A stretch of 64,000 bases of DNA from NCBI GenBank assembly GCA_963806855.1, contig CAWDYW010000003.1, positions 192,001 to 256,000 on the forward strand, in the 5' to 3' direction. The notes under the pieces were generated by a model. It was not told the origin of the DNA, did no database searches, and saw only the letters and a list, made by a program, of their open reading frames with translations. Positions 40,001 to 47,977 of this stretch are shown here, piece by piece (the stretch's first letter is position 1; each line of letters opens with the position of its first letter). The stretch is from an uncultured Verrucomicrobiae bacterium. GTDB taxonomy: Bacteria > Chlamydiota > Chlamydiia > Chlamydiales > Rhabdochlamydiaceae. Both the position numbers and the translations under genes were made by a program.

Positions 40001-41104
40001 CTCTTCCAATTTCGGCTGGGTCATCAAATCGGTGACAAAAAGAATCGAATTGGAATCTTTAACCCATTTGGCCGATTTAAAAGCCGCGATCAATTTGGCC
40101 GATTGGGGCCCGGTCCCTTCTAATTCGCTGCCTACCTGTTTGAGCGCATCGAGCAGCTCAGGCGCCGATTTGTTGACGAGCGGATAAAGGAAAACCTGAT
40201 CGCCAAGCGGGCCGCGAGCATTTTTCGGCTTGCTGTCGAGATCTTCCATCACCGCGATCGACCGCTCGATCAAATAAGGGGTCGAGACGATGAAAATCGA
40301 GTTGGTTTCCACTTGCGGGACATAAATCAACGGATTCTCTTCAGCAAACGGTTGCACCAGCTGCCTAGTGAGTGCGATCAATGCATCGGCCGACATATTG
40401 TGCGCTCTGAATGTCTCAATATCCAAAGGAGAGTGGTTCGAATCGAGCGTAACGAGCAGATTGGCGATCTTGTCGACATTCGTTGAGATGTCGGTGACGA
40501 TCAGCTGCCGCGTTTCCGGTGAGACGTCGAGCATCGCCCCTTTTGAGATCATTGGCCGGATGATATTGGCAACCGAGGTGAGGCTTGCATTTTGGATCCT
40601 AAATACCCGCGTGATGATCGGCGAGTCGAGCTTGTTATTTGGATGCTCAGGGGTCACCAGCGTCGCAATTTGATTGATGTCGTTACTTTTTGTGATGAGC
40701 AAGGTGTTGTCCTGCTCGAGCAAAGTAAATCCGCGGGCTCTTAGCGTTTGAATCAGAGCAGACAAAATGTTTTGAACCGTGAGAGGATCTTCAGACACCA
40801 CCGTGATGTTGAAGTTCATGTCGCCTTCTTCATATTGGAAATTGAGATTGGCGATTTTGCCGACAAAGCGCAAGTATTCGACGATCGACACGCTCTTGAA
40901 GTTGATCACATACTTGTCTTCATCTTCATTCTTGCCAATGAGCGACCAGGCGACTAAATCATTTGAATCGGAGGGTTCTGCATTCGAAGCGAGAAATGCA
41001 TCGTCATCATATTCGTCAAAATCTTGAGAATAGGCGGAAGAGAAGAGTAAAAATGCAGGAAGTAATTTAATAAAAATTTTCGTCTGCTTGCGCATTTTTA
41101 TCAT
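36974..41104 (-). CDS. sctC: Secretin, most likely T3SS outer-membrane ring CdsC/SctC, with ~11 N-domain repeats
   Basis: Signal peptide; repeated Y/FxxK/P...D/N-S-L-L-F NolW-like units; secretin core 'QVFIEVLIIE' ... 'SGIPCLGGLPVIGAIF'; same strand and downstream of pkn5. Confidence 0.85.
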   Translation of the reverse strand: MIKMRKQTKIFIKLLPAFLLFSSAYSQDFDEYDDDAFLASNAEPSDSNDLVAWSLIGKNEDEDKYVINFKSVSIVEYLRFVGKIANLNFQYEEGDMNFNITVVSEDPLTVQNILSALIQTLRARGFTLLEQDNTLLITKSNDINQIATLVTPEHPNNKLDSPIITRVFRIQNASLTSVANIIRPMISKGAMLDVSPETRQLIVTDISTNVDKIANLLVTLDSNHSPLDIETFRAHNMSADALIALTRQLVQPFAEENPLIYVPQVETNSIFIVSTPYLIERSIAVMEDLDSKPKNARGPLGDQVFLYPLVNKSAPELLDALKQVGSELEGTGPQSAKLIAAFKSAKWVKDSNSILFVTDLMTQPKLEELIKTLDTTSVTSDYFVYKIQKAGREQIEASLEELTKSLKKGSTNRDLIDAISSLRYIKESDSLVFTGSDDALKKLKDLLPNFDSAAATSSPTSHFWLYTPQFLSGRELEEALAKVGTNLCESGLNDPSFLNSLRTMKWVASTNTLLFTGNPSSLDSIQLIIKLVDVASGAPSQIYLYKPKNISNQQIEQALDELADKLDHKNLSDKNLAKAIDHLTWIPDSQIFLFKADPATITKIDSFLKSIDTPKEAQAISNAYYLYKLKFARGDDVIDHLEKIAKSLPEKDPEQKAIVYVIDHATVLRDTNALLLTGTQRAVEEVKALVSQFDDKDAVPPIYEKTSFFIYKPVNLSPSELEEALRETADDLKNSGLVDPNLLQSIDTMRAVELTNSLLFTGVPESLEKTKEIISTIDVVGATRKESTQLGAQTFLVYKVRYVPIDKLMQLLSNVAQNLDKTDSIKNKAVSTAIHTVKEIKESNSLMFTGPAAALDQIGTLLKQLDNPGGAIGELARQPGSYVVYKPVNVSGPELVEMMRDFEKNLQQTGVREPNLFDTINGLKYIERTGYILISGDEKSVEKVRELLQKFDITGVGTVTALNKLETSFLVYKLQYHQGSELQETLKKVGADLSTANPHTVSDLLAAINSLQWIKMTNSLLATGTPEVLTQLKELIQNIDVPLRQVFIEVLIIETQMANTQSFGLQWGSKFQYLNRFAGGVSNFPTSNPLTAQAGNTPLSTGLGAVNQTRTPLPTDIPNPVSNVAGTNGGAGSLPGGFDLGVIGDIILHKGKSFISLASLVSAIQGDGDAVIVMNPKIIAQDNMQSTIFVGQNIPFSGSQVNTTGVGASQTQTNIEYRDVGISLSITPILGMNDIITLDISNEITAQVANTTNQGSNANIQGLQTSRTALNARVHVPDKHFVALSAVIQDTKSHFRSGIPCLGGLPVIGAIFSENDRLNSRNNVIFFIRPVIIDSIEEYERVTQNAEQNFKDWGSKQIIKEEIDEAIDTVRNPYCN

Positions 41105-41165
41105 ACCGAGCTCTAAAAGGGAACTTAGTAGATTCGGGAATTATGCACAAGATCAACGAAAGAGA

Positions 41166-44100
41166 TTATTTCTTCTCAATAATTGCTTGCAGTCCGGGAT
41201 CTTCGATGCCGTGCTGTTGCAATTCGGATAACGCTTCCTGTAAAAGGGTGAGATCAGGTGGGGTATTGAGCATCATCACTATTTCTGCTTGAGTGAATTT
41301 TTTTGCCATATAGGAACGAATTCTTTCACTTATTAATTTCGTTAATTTTGGCAGACGAATTATTTGCGATGACTCTAAGGGTGCTCTGGTTGTTGGAGAT
41401 GTGTAATGTTTATCAGCCCAAGCTTTTAGAGCTCTTCTTTCATACAGGGTCTTCCCCTTTATTTGGGTTGGATCTAAAGCAAATTCGGAGATCGGAACTC
41501 CAGTAATCGGACATACAAAAAGGCTAAATATCATATCTTCTTCTAATTCTTGGGGGATGCCTTTTTGGAAGGAGAGCACTACTGCGACAGAGTTTTTTTG
41601 CTGGACGATTAACTGTTGTAATTTGTCTAAATTTGGGAAGGCAGGAAAAACCCTCTGGAGCTCCGCGAATGCTGCTTCAAGAAGGGCTGTGCTTGGTCTT
41701 TCTTGGCCGTTATAAGAGCGCTTCTGGGCCTCGATTAAAGCTTTAACTGCAGGAAGTGGAGGCAGATTGAAGTTTTGCACACCTCTTGCCTCTCGGATGT
41801 TTGTCCCATTAAAATAGGGTTCAAAACAGATCGGACGTTTTGTGGTGTCGCAGATGAATAGGCTAAAAATTGGATCGTTTCCTAATTCAGGTGGGATTCC
41901 ATTGTCAAATGAGACCCGAGGGACGACTCTTACTAATTGTGACATATCCTGTATGAGCTGATTACACACAAGTTCTGTCTTTTCCACTTTGCGGGTTAAC
42001 TTCTCTGCTAATCGGATTAATTTTTCATTGCCAGAAACATCAGCGCTCTTTTTATTTTCCATCGCCATTTCTTTTAGAACTAAAAAGAGATCGACAATTA
42101 TCTTTTGTTCACCAAGTATAGCTAAGCCAAAGAGTTCAGTGATAGCTCCAATTAGCAGTGGGGCATCCTTTAAATTTGGCAATTCATCACCGGAAATATG
42201 AGAGTTTTTATAAAGTTTTTGACGTTTATTGATTAAAGCTCCGACTGTACCCAACGGGGTAATCCCCCCTTCTTTAAAGAATAGGTGCCCGTCATATTCA
42301 CAGAGATATGCCTTTTTGGCTTTTATAAACACAGCAGGATTTTTGGTAATTGGAAGAGAGGTGATCTGATTGATAAAAATCCTAAAGATTCTGTCTTTTT
42401 GCAATTTTTCTAGGGGTATAACTAGGGGTGGAGCGGAGTCCGTTTTGCTTTCAACCTCCGAAGAATAAAGTGCAACTCTGCAATTCTTTTGGATATTTCT
42501 TTCTATCTTTGCTGTGAGAAATAGAGTTGAGCTTTGCAGTTTTACTAATTTTTCAATTAATTTGCGGAATACCTCCCCTTGTCTGCAGGCATTTTGAAAC
42601 TCTAAGCCTAATTCGGTTAGCTGGGCTGGTTCTGGTGCATCGAAGCAGATGGGAGGTGATTCAACCCGAGAGGGCTCAGAAGGAAGCGCCTTGCCCAATC
42701 CTAATGTAGATCTCCATGAACTTAGCGACTCCTCCATCTTTTGCAACGTGGTTTTATACTCTCTTTTTCTCTCCCTTTTTAGTAGCAATCTCTTTTCTTC
42801 ATCCTGTAAAATTCGCGTATCTTCATCCCTGAAAATTCGTGCAAGATATTCACATAATCGAGCTACTTCCCTTCTTTTAAAATGACTCAGATTCCTCTCT
42901 TGTCCGCTTAGGAGTTGAACTAATTGGATCGCTTTTTCAACCACTTTAATACGATGATGATCGATCGAGCTAACCGATCCAGCAGTTGCTCTTTTCAGCT
43001 TCCCAAAAAACATTTCTAATTTGGCAGATAATTGGGCGAGATATTCAGTTACAGAAAAATCTTGAATTTGGCAATTTAGTTCGCGTAGTTGAAGATGTAA
43101 TTCTGCGAACATATTATCGTCGGGAGCACGATGTACCGGCTGAGGTGGGGCAGCTCCTTCATCTTCGGAAAAGTTAGGGGGAGAGTTTGGCCGTGCTTGG
43201 GAGCGTAGGCTTACCAAAGCTTTTATGCGATTTAGTTCAAATTGTACATCACTGTCTATTTCTGGACGGCTTTCAACTGATGGCCTGGAATTGGAATTAT
43301 TATATCCGGTAGATTTAATAGGGCTTACTTCAAATTGTTCTTCAATGTCTGATATTGTCGGAGCCATAGGCAGGATGCGACGGCGTACTTGGCGAGGTGG
43401 GGAAGAATTAGGCTCCCCGTTGTCATGTAAGCGACGTAGATCCCCTGTGGTAACCCAAGGTGGCGGTAGAGGTTGAGGCTGACGTTGTACTACAACCCGG
43501 TTATGGGGAGGATTTGGTTCTGCATTGTCCTGTTGACGAGGTGGTCCATCGAGGGAAAAGCGGCGGCGGGGAAGAGGGGGTAGGGTATCTTCATCATCAT
43601 GGGAAAAGTTAGAGGGAGAGTCTAACCGTGCTTGGGCGCGAAGGCTTTTCAATTCAGCATTTCTGCGCGCATGTTTAGCATTTAAAACTTGATACTGGTT
43701 ATTTGCTTCGCGCAGTCGATCCAATGATTCTTCGAACATGCTGAAAGGATTATCGTCGGGAGCAGGACGTCCATACTGAGGCTGAGGTGGCCCGAGGGGG
43801 CGCGAAGGAGGATTGTCACGAAAGGGAGGTGCTGGTCCTTGTTGGGGTGCAGGCAGTGGGGGAGGTTGCTGCGATGATGGAAGTCGACGTCGTATTATGC
43901 GGATATTTTGGTGGCTCGGGGGAACCGGTTGTTGTAGCAGCTGGGGAGGCGGTTGTCTTGGTAGGAAAAGTAGGCGAGGCGGTGGTCCTTGTTGGGGTGC
44001 AGGCTGTTGGGGAGGATTATTATGAACTTGTGGAGGTGGTCCTTGTACGGGCGCTGGATGCGGTGGAGCAGGGTTGGGATTTACGGCAGCACGTGCTAAG

Positions 44101-44744
44101 TATAGTGCTCTTGCGCTAACGGCCATACTCACGAGGGCGACCCCAGCTAAAACTGACCGGTGGGCAATTTTATTTGGATTGTAAAGATATTGTGTAGCTA
44201 ATGAGGCGGTGCAGGCAATCACCGAATGTAGTCCGATATTACGAAGGGTTTGACGCCTGTCACCCTGTATAAGTTGTGGCAAGAGGTAACCAATCTTCGA
44301 GATTCCGTAAACCTCCAAGGCTATAGAGGCTATTGTGGCTGCTTCGTGTTGGTGGTTGTTTGCGATAAAGGAAATCGCTGTCGAAAGATAAGTCGAGGCT
44401 GTTGCAGTTACGGCGGCGATAATGACCTTTGCTTGCATCTGGCCAGGCTCAGAGTTAAAGCTAAAGCTCATTGCTAAGAAGATAGATAAGAGGGAATGGT
44501 TTGGAGAAAAATAGTCGCCAGCTGCCTTAATGGCTGTGAAGGCAGTTGAAGCTAGGAGCATTCTTCTGTGATAGGCGAAGTAGGAGGGATCTAAACTGGT
44601 GATTCCGATGGTTACAGCTCCAGCGAGTGTTCCGACTACACTATTTGTGACTGTCGCTCCGATCATTCCACCCGCTACAACCATGCAGCCTGTTTTTGCA
44701 AGCTCTGAGGCGGGTCTGGTTCTTATTTCGTCTAGGATTCTCAT
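41166..44744 (-). CDS. Membrane-anchored, Pro-rich protein with C-terminal tandem U-box-like domains (copy A)
   Basis: Hydrophobic first ~220 aa; 'FVCPITG...LYERRALKAW...TSPTTRAPL...IIRLPKLTKLI' fits the U-box consensus. Confidence 0.85.
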   Translation of the reverse strand: MRILDEIRTRPASELAKTGCMVVAGGMIGATVTNSVVGTLAGAVTIGITSLDPSYFAYHRRMLLASTAFTAIKAAGDYFSPNHSLLSIFLAMSFSFNSEPGQMQAKVIIAAVTATASTYLSTAISFIANNHQHEAATIASIALEVYGISKIGYLLPQLIQGDRRQTLRNIGLHSVIACTASLATQYLYNPNKIAHRSVLAGVALVSMAVSARALYLARAAVNPNPAPPHPAPVQGPPPQVHNNPPQQPAPQQGPPPRLLFLPRQPPPQLLQQPVPPSHQNIRIIRRRLPSSQQPPPLPAPQQGPAPPFRDNPPSRPLGPPQPQYGRPAPDDNPFSMFEESLDRLREANNQYQVLNAKHARRNAELKSLRAQARLDSPSNFSHDDEDTLPPLPRRRFSLDGPPRQQDNAEPNPPHNRVVVQRQPQPLPPPWVTTGDLRRLHDNGEPNSSPPRQVRRRILPMAPTISDIEEQFEVSPIKSTGYNNSNSRPSVESRPEIDSDVQFELNRIKALVSLRSQARPNSPPNFSEDEGAAPPQPVHRAPDDNMFAELHLQLRELNCQIQDFSVTEYLAQLSAKLEMFFGKLKRATAGSVSSIDHHRIKVVEKAIQLVQLLSGQERNLSHFKRREVARLCEYLARIFRDEDTRILQDEEKRLLLKRERKREYKTTLQKMEESLSSWRSTLGLGKALPSEPSRVESPPICFDAPEPAQLTELGLEFQNACRQGEVFRKLIEKLVKLQSSTLFLTAKIERNIQKNCRVALYSSEVESKTDSAPPLVIPLEKLQKDRIFRIFINQITSLPITKNPAVFIKAKKAYLCEYDGHLFFKEGGITPLGTVGALINKRQKLYKNSHISGDELPNLKDAPLLIGAITELFGLAILGEQKIIVDLFLVLKEMAMENKKSADVSGNEKLIRLAEKLTRKVEKTELVCNQLIQDMSQLVRVVPRVSFDNGIPPELGNDPIFSLFICDTTKRPICFEPYFNGTNIREARGVQNFNLPPLPAVKALIEAQKRSYNGQERPSTALLEAAFAELQRVFPAFPNLDKLQQLIVQQKNSVAVVLSFQKGIPQELEEDMIFSLFVCPITGVPISEFALDPTQIKGKTLYERRALKAWADKHYTSPTTRAPLESSQIIRLPKLTKLISERIRSYMAKKFTQAEIVMMLNTPPDLTLLQEALSELQQHGIEDPGLQAIIEKK

Positions 44745-44756
44745 AATTGTTGAGGA

Positions 44757-44785
44757 ATTGTCCGGAAATGTAAGGAATTTTGCAA
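44757..44785 (-). promoter_or_regulatory. Putative sigma66 promoter, conserved upstream of all three U-box genes
   Basis: TTGCAA-17-GACAAT here; TTGCAA-17-GAGAAT and TTGTAA-17-GACAAT before the other two copies. Confidence 0.55.
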
Positions 44786-44798
44786 GGACAAAACTGTT

Positions 44799-47700
44799 TT
44801 AAAAGCCCCTATCAACATCAATAATTGTTTGCAATCCGGGATCGTCGATGCCGTGTTGTTGCAATTCGGATAATGCTTCATGTAAACGGATGGGATCAGG
44901 GGGTGTATTGAGCATCCGCTCTATTTCAGCTTGAGTCCATTTTTTTGCTTTATAGGAACGAATTCTGTAGCTTATTAATTTTGTTAATTTTGGCAGACGA
45001 ATTACTTCCGATGACTCTAGGGGCCGTCTAGTTGTTGGAGAGGTGCGATGTTTATTTGCCCAAACTTCTAAAAGTTTTCTTTCATAGAGTGTCTTCCCCT
45101 TTTTTTGGGTTGGGTCTAAGGAAAATTCGCGGATCGGAGCCCCAGTAATCGGGCATTCAAATAGGCGGAATATCATATCATCTTCTAATTCTTGAGGGAT
45201 CCCCTTTTCGAAGGAAAGCACAACTTCGGCAGAATCTTTTTGCTGAACGATTAGCTGTTGTAATTTATCTAAATTTGGGAAGGCAGGAAAAACTCTTTGT
45301 AGCTCCACCCATGCTGCGGCAAGAATGGCTGGGCTTGGTCTTCCTTGGCCGTTATAAGAGCCCTTCTGTGCCTCGATTAAAGCTTTAACTGCAGGAAGTT
45401 GGTGCATATTGTGGTTTTGCACACCTCTTACTTCTCGGATGTCTCTCCCATCAAAATAGAGTTCGAAGCAGATGGGGCGTCCTGTGTTGTTGTTGATGAA
45501 CAGGCTAAAAATCGGATCGTTTTTTAATTCAGCTGGGATTCCATTGTCAAATGAGATTCGGGGGATGACTCTTTCTGATTCTTGTGACGCACTTGGTAAG
45601 AGCAGATTAAATAGACGCTCTAGCTTTTCTACTTTGTAGATTAATTTTTCGGCTAATGGGATGAATGCTGCATTGCCTGAAACCTCGGTTGCAGTTTTAT
45701 TTTCCATCGCCATTTCCTTTAGAATTAATAAGAAATCAGCAGCCTTCTTTCGTTTACCCTCAGTGATAGCTGGCATGGGCGGCTTTGTAAAGGTTATCGT
45801 TGGGAGTCGTTGAATAAAACCTCTATTTAGTTTGGTCTTTGTCGCTTCCATCAATATAAAGAGGTCTTCGATCAAGATCTCGAACTTGAAAGGATGACGA
45901 GCATACATCACCCGTGGGTCAGCTGGGATCATTTTGAGCAACTGAACGAATTGCTCTTGCTTATCATCGATGGCTAGTCGAGTAATCGCTTGCAAATCGA
46001 AGTGATAATCTAATAACTCTTCGAGTTGAGTGATCCTGCATCGACAGAGCTCCCCATTAAATTCATCTAAAATTGTTCTATCCCTAGCATTGGTAACCGC
46101 TTGGTGAAGGTCTTGAAGGCTCATATCTTCAGTATTCTCAAACAGATGATCCGCAACAATCGCTTGAATCATCATGCTTTCTACTCGCAAGAGAGCTTGC
46201 CTGGCGTGCATAGGTAGCGAAGAGGGGTTCGCCATTGCCTTTTCAATCACTTCTCGAATGAACAAATTGAGCTGATCTTTACCTTCTAATTTGTATTTGA
46301 GCATGGCATCGGTCCGCAGCTTACAAGTCCACAGTTGATAAGCTCTAGTTAAACTATTTGTTCTAATCCCATCGATCCCTTCCTCTTCCATCATCTTATT
46401 TAGGATGTCAGGAAGATCAATTCTGTGTTTTGCTTTTGGGAATGAGATATCTGTCAGGTCGGCATATTTTGGACCTAATCGAATCACATTTTCGGTCACT
46501 TTGCCTTGACGGACCATCTTGTAGGCGACCTCTTTTTTACTCGAGCCGGCTTGTTTGTAGTAGCCAACATTTTCCCCTTCGTCGGGAGCGCGACGTGTCG
46601 GCTGAGATAGGGCAACTTCTTCATCGTCTTCATCGTCGGAAATGGGTGGATTAAAGAGGCGAGGAGGGGAAACTTCTTCATCGTCTTCATCGTCGGAAAC
46701 GGGTGGATTAAAGAGGCGAGGAGGGGAAACTTCTTCATCGTCGGAAAGGTTGGGGGGAGAGTCTGACCGTACTCGGGCAATTAGACTTTCCAATTCAGCA
46801 TTTCTGCGCGCATGTGCAGCATTTAACCGGTTAGTTTCTGCATTGAATTGATCAATTATATCTCTGATAGAATTATCGTCGGGATCAGGACGTACTGGAG
46901 GGGGGAGGGCATTCAGTCGGTTCAATTGAGCATTCAGTCGATCAAATTCAGCATACAGCCGACCAAATCCTTCATTGGAGGAAGAGTCTCTTATTTGGGC
47001 ACTCACTCGATCCAATTCAGCACGCAGACGATCCAATTCAGCATTTCTGTGCTCATGCTCCGCGATCGGTTGAGGTTGCTGCGGTGATGGAAGTCGACGT
47101 GGTCTGAGGGCATGTGGGTGGTACGGTTGAGGAGGTTGTGGTTGTCCTTGTGGTCTAGCACCCTGGATCGGAGGAGGTGGTCCTTGTTGGGGTACAGGCT
47201 GCGGCGGAGCAGGGTTGGGATTTACGAGAGCGCGTCTTAAGTATAGTGCTATCGCGCTAGTGGCCATACTCATGAGGCCGACCACAGCTAAACCTGACCA
47301 GTGGGCGACTTCTTTTTTTGGATTGTAAAGATATCGTGTACATAATGATGTAATGGAGGCACTCACCGCATGGAATCCGATTTTGCGAAGGGTTTGACTC
47401 CTGTCACCCTGTATAAGTTGTGGCAAGAGGTAACCAATATTCACGGCCCCATAAAACTCCGCAGTTATAGAGGCAATTGTGGTCGCTTCGCGTAGGTAGG
47501 TTTTTGCGATAAAGGAAATCGCTGTCGGTAGATAGGTTGAAGCTGTTGCAGTTGCGGCGGTGATGACAACTTCTTGTACCTGACGCGTCCCAAAGAGGAA
47601 GCCAGATGTCAATGCTGTACAGATAGCTAAGAAGGAATGGTTTTGAAGAAGATAGTCGGCTGCTGCTTTATGGGCTGCGAAGACAGTGGCGGCTAGGAGG

Positions 47701-47882
47701 ATTTTTCTCGGATTGCCGATCGTAAAGGGATAGCATCCGATGGTTACAGCTCCGCCGAGTGCGCCACCTACACTATTTGTGAATGTTGCTCCGATCATTC
47801 CGCCAGCTACAAGCTTGCAAGCTGTTTGTGCAAGCGCTGAAGTGGGTCTGGTTATTCTCTCGATGTTGTCTAGGATTCTCAT
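44799..47882 (-). CDS. Membrane-anchored U-box protein (copy B)
   Basis: Paralog of copy A; 'FECPITG...LYERKLLEVW...TSPTTRRPL'. Confidence 0.85.
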   Translation of the reverse strand: MRILDNIERITRPTSALAQTACKLVAGGMIGATFTNSVGGALGGAVTIGCYPFTIGNPRKILLAATVFAAHKAAADYLLQNHSFLAICTALTSGFLFGTRQVQEVVITAATATASTYLPTAISFIAKTYLREATTIASITAEFYGAVNIGYLLPQLIQGDRSQTLRKIGFHAVSASITSLCTRYLYNPKKEVAHWSGLAVVGLMSMATSAIALYLRRALVNPNPAPPQPVPQQGPPPPIQGARPQGQPQPPQPYHPHALRPRRLPSPQQPQPIAEHEHRNAELDRLRAELDRVSAQIRDSSSNEGFGRLYAEFDRLNAQLNRLNALPPPVRPDPDDNSIRDIIDQFNAETNRLNAAHARRNAELESLIARVRSDSPPNLSDDEEVSPPRLFNPPVSDDEDDEEVSPPRLFNPPISDDEDDEEVALSQPTRRAPDEGENVGYYKQAGSSKKEVAYKMVRQGKVTENVIRLGPKYADLTDISFPKAKHRIDLPDILNKMMEEEGIDGIRTNSLTRAYQLWTCKLRTDAMLKYKLEGKDQLNLFIREVIEKAMANPSSLPMHARQALLRVESMMIQAIVADHLFENTEDMSLQDLHQAVTNARDRTILDEFNGELCRCRITQLEELLDYHFDLQAITRLAIDDKQEQFVQLLKMIPADPRVMYARHPFKFEILIEDLFILMEATKTKLNRGFIQRLPTITFTKPPMPAITEGKRKKAADFLLILKEMAMENKTATEVSGNAAFIPLAEKLIYKVEKLERLFNLLLPSASQESERVIPRISFDNGIPAELKNDPIFSLFINNNTGRPICFELYFDGRDIREVRGVQNHNMHQLPAVKALIEAQKGSYNGQGRPSPAILAAAWVELQRVFPAFPNLDKLQQLIVQQKDSAEVVLSFEKGIPQELEDDMIFRLFECPITGAPIREFSLDPTQKKGKTLYERKLLEVWANKHRTSPTTRRPLESSEVIRLPKLTKLISYRIRSYKAKKWTQAEIERMLNTPPDPIRLHEALSELQQHGIDDPGLQTIIDVDRGF
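46614..46747. repeat. 57-bp in-frame tandem repeat (2.3 copies)
   Basis: Units start at 46614, 46671 and 46728; each encodes SDDEDDEEVSPPRLFNPP(V/I). Confidence 0.9.
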
Positions 47883-47933
47883 ATTGACAGTAGATTCTCC
47901 AGAAAGGGCGGAAATGTTGCAAGGTATAATATT

Positions 47934-47966
47934 TTAAAAGTCCAAGTCAATTCTGACATCGCCTTC
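47934..47966 (-). pseudogene. Relic of an autotransporter 3' end
   Basis: Reads EGDVRIDLDF*, compared with EGDVRFDWAF* at 51350-51382. Confidence 0.75.
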
Positions 47967-47977
47967 AACGAAAGGAT

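Noticed and set aside
36974..41104. Secretin as T2SS GspD
   Set aside because: No gspE/gspF follow it, and its position downstream of pkn5 fits CdsC. Not fully excluded without phylogeny.
46614..46747. Direct repeats as a CRISPR array
   Set aside because: Contiguous 57-bp units without spacers, in frame within a CDS.
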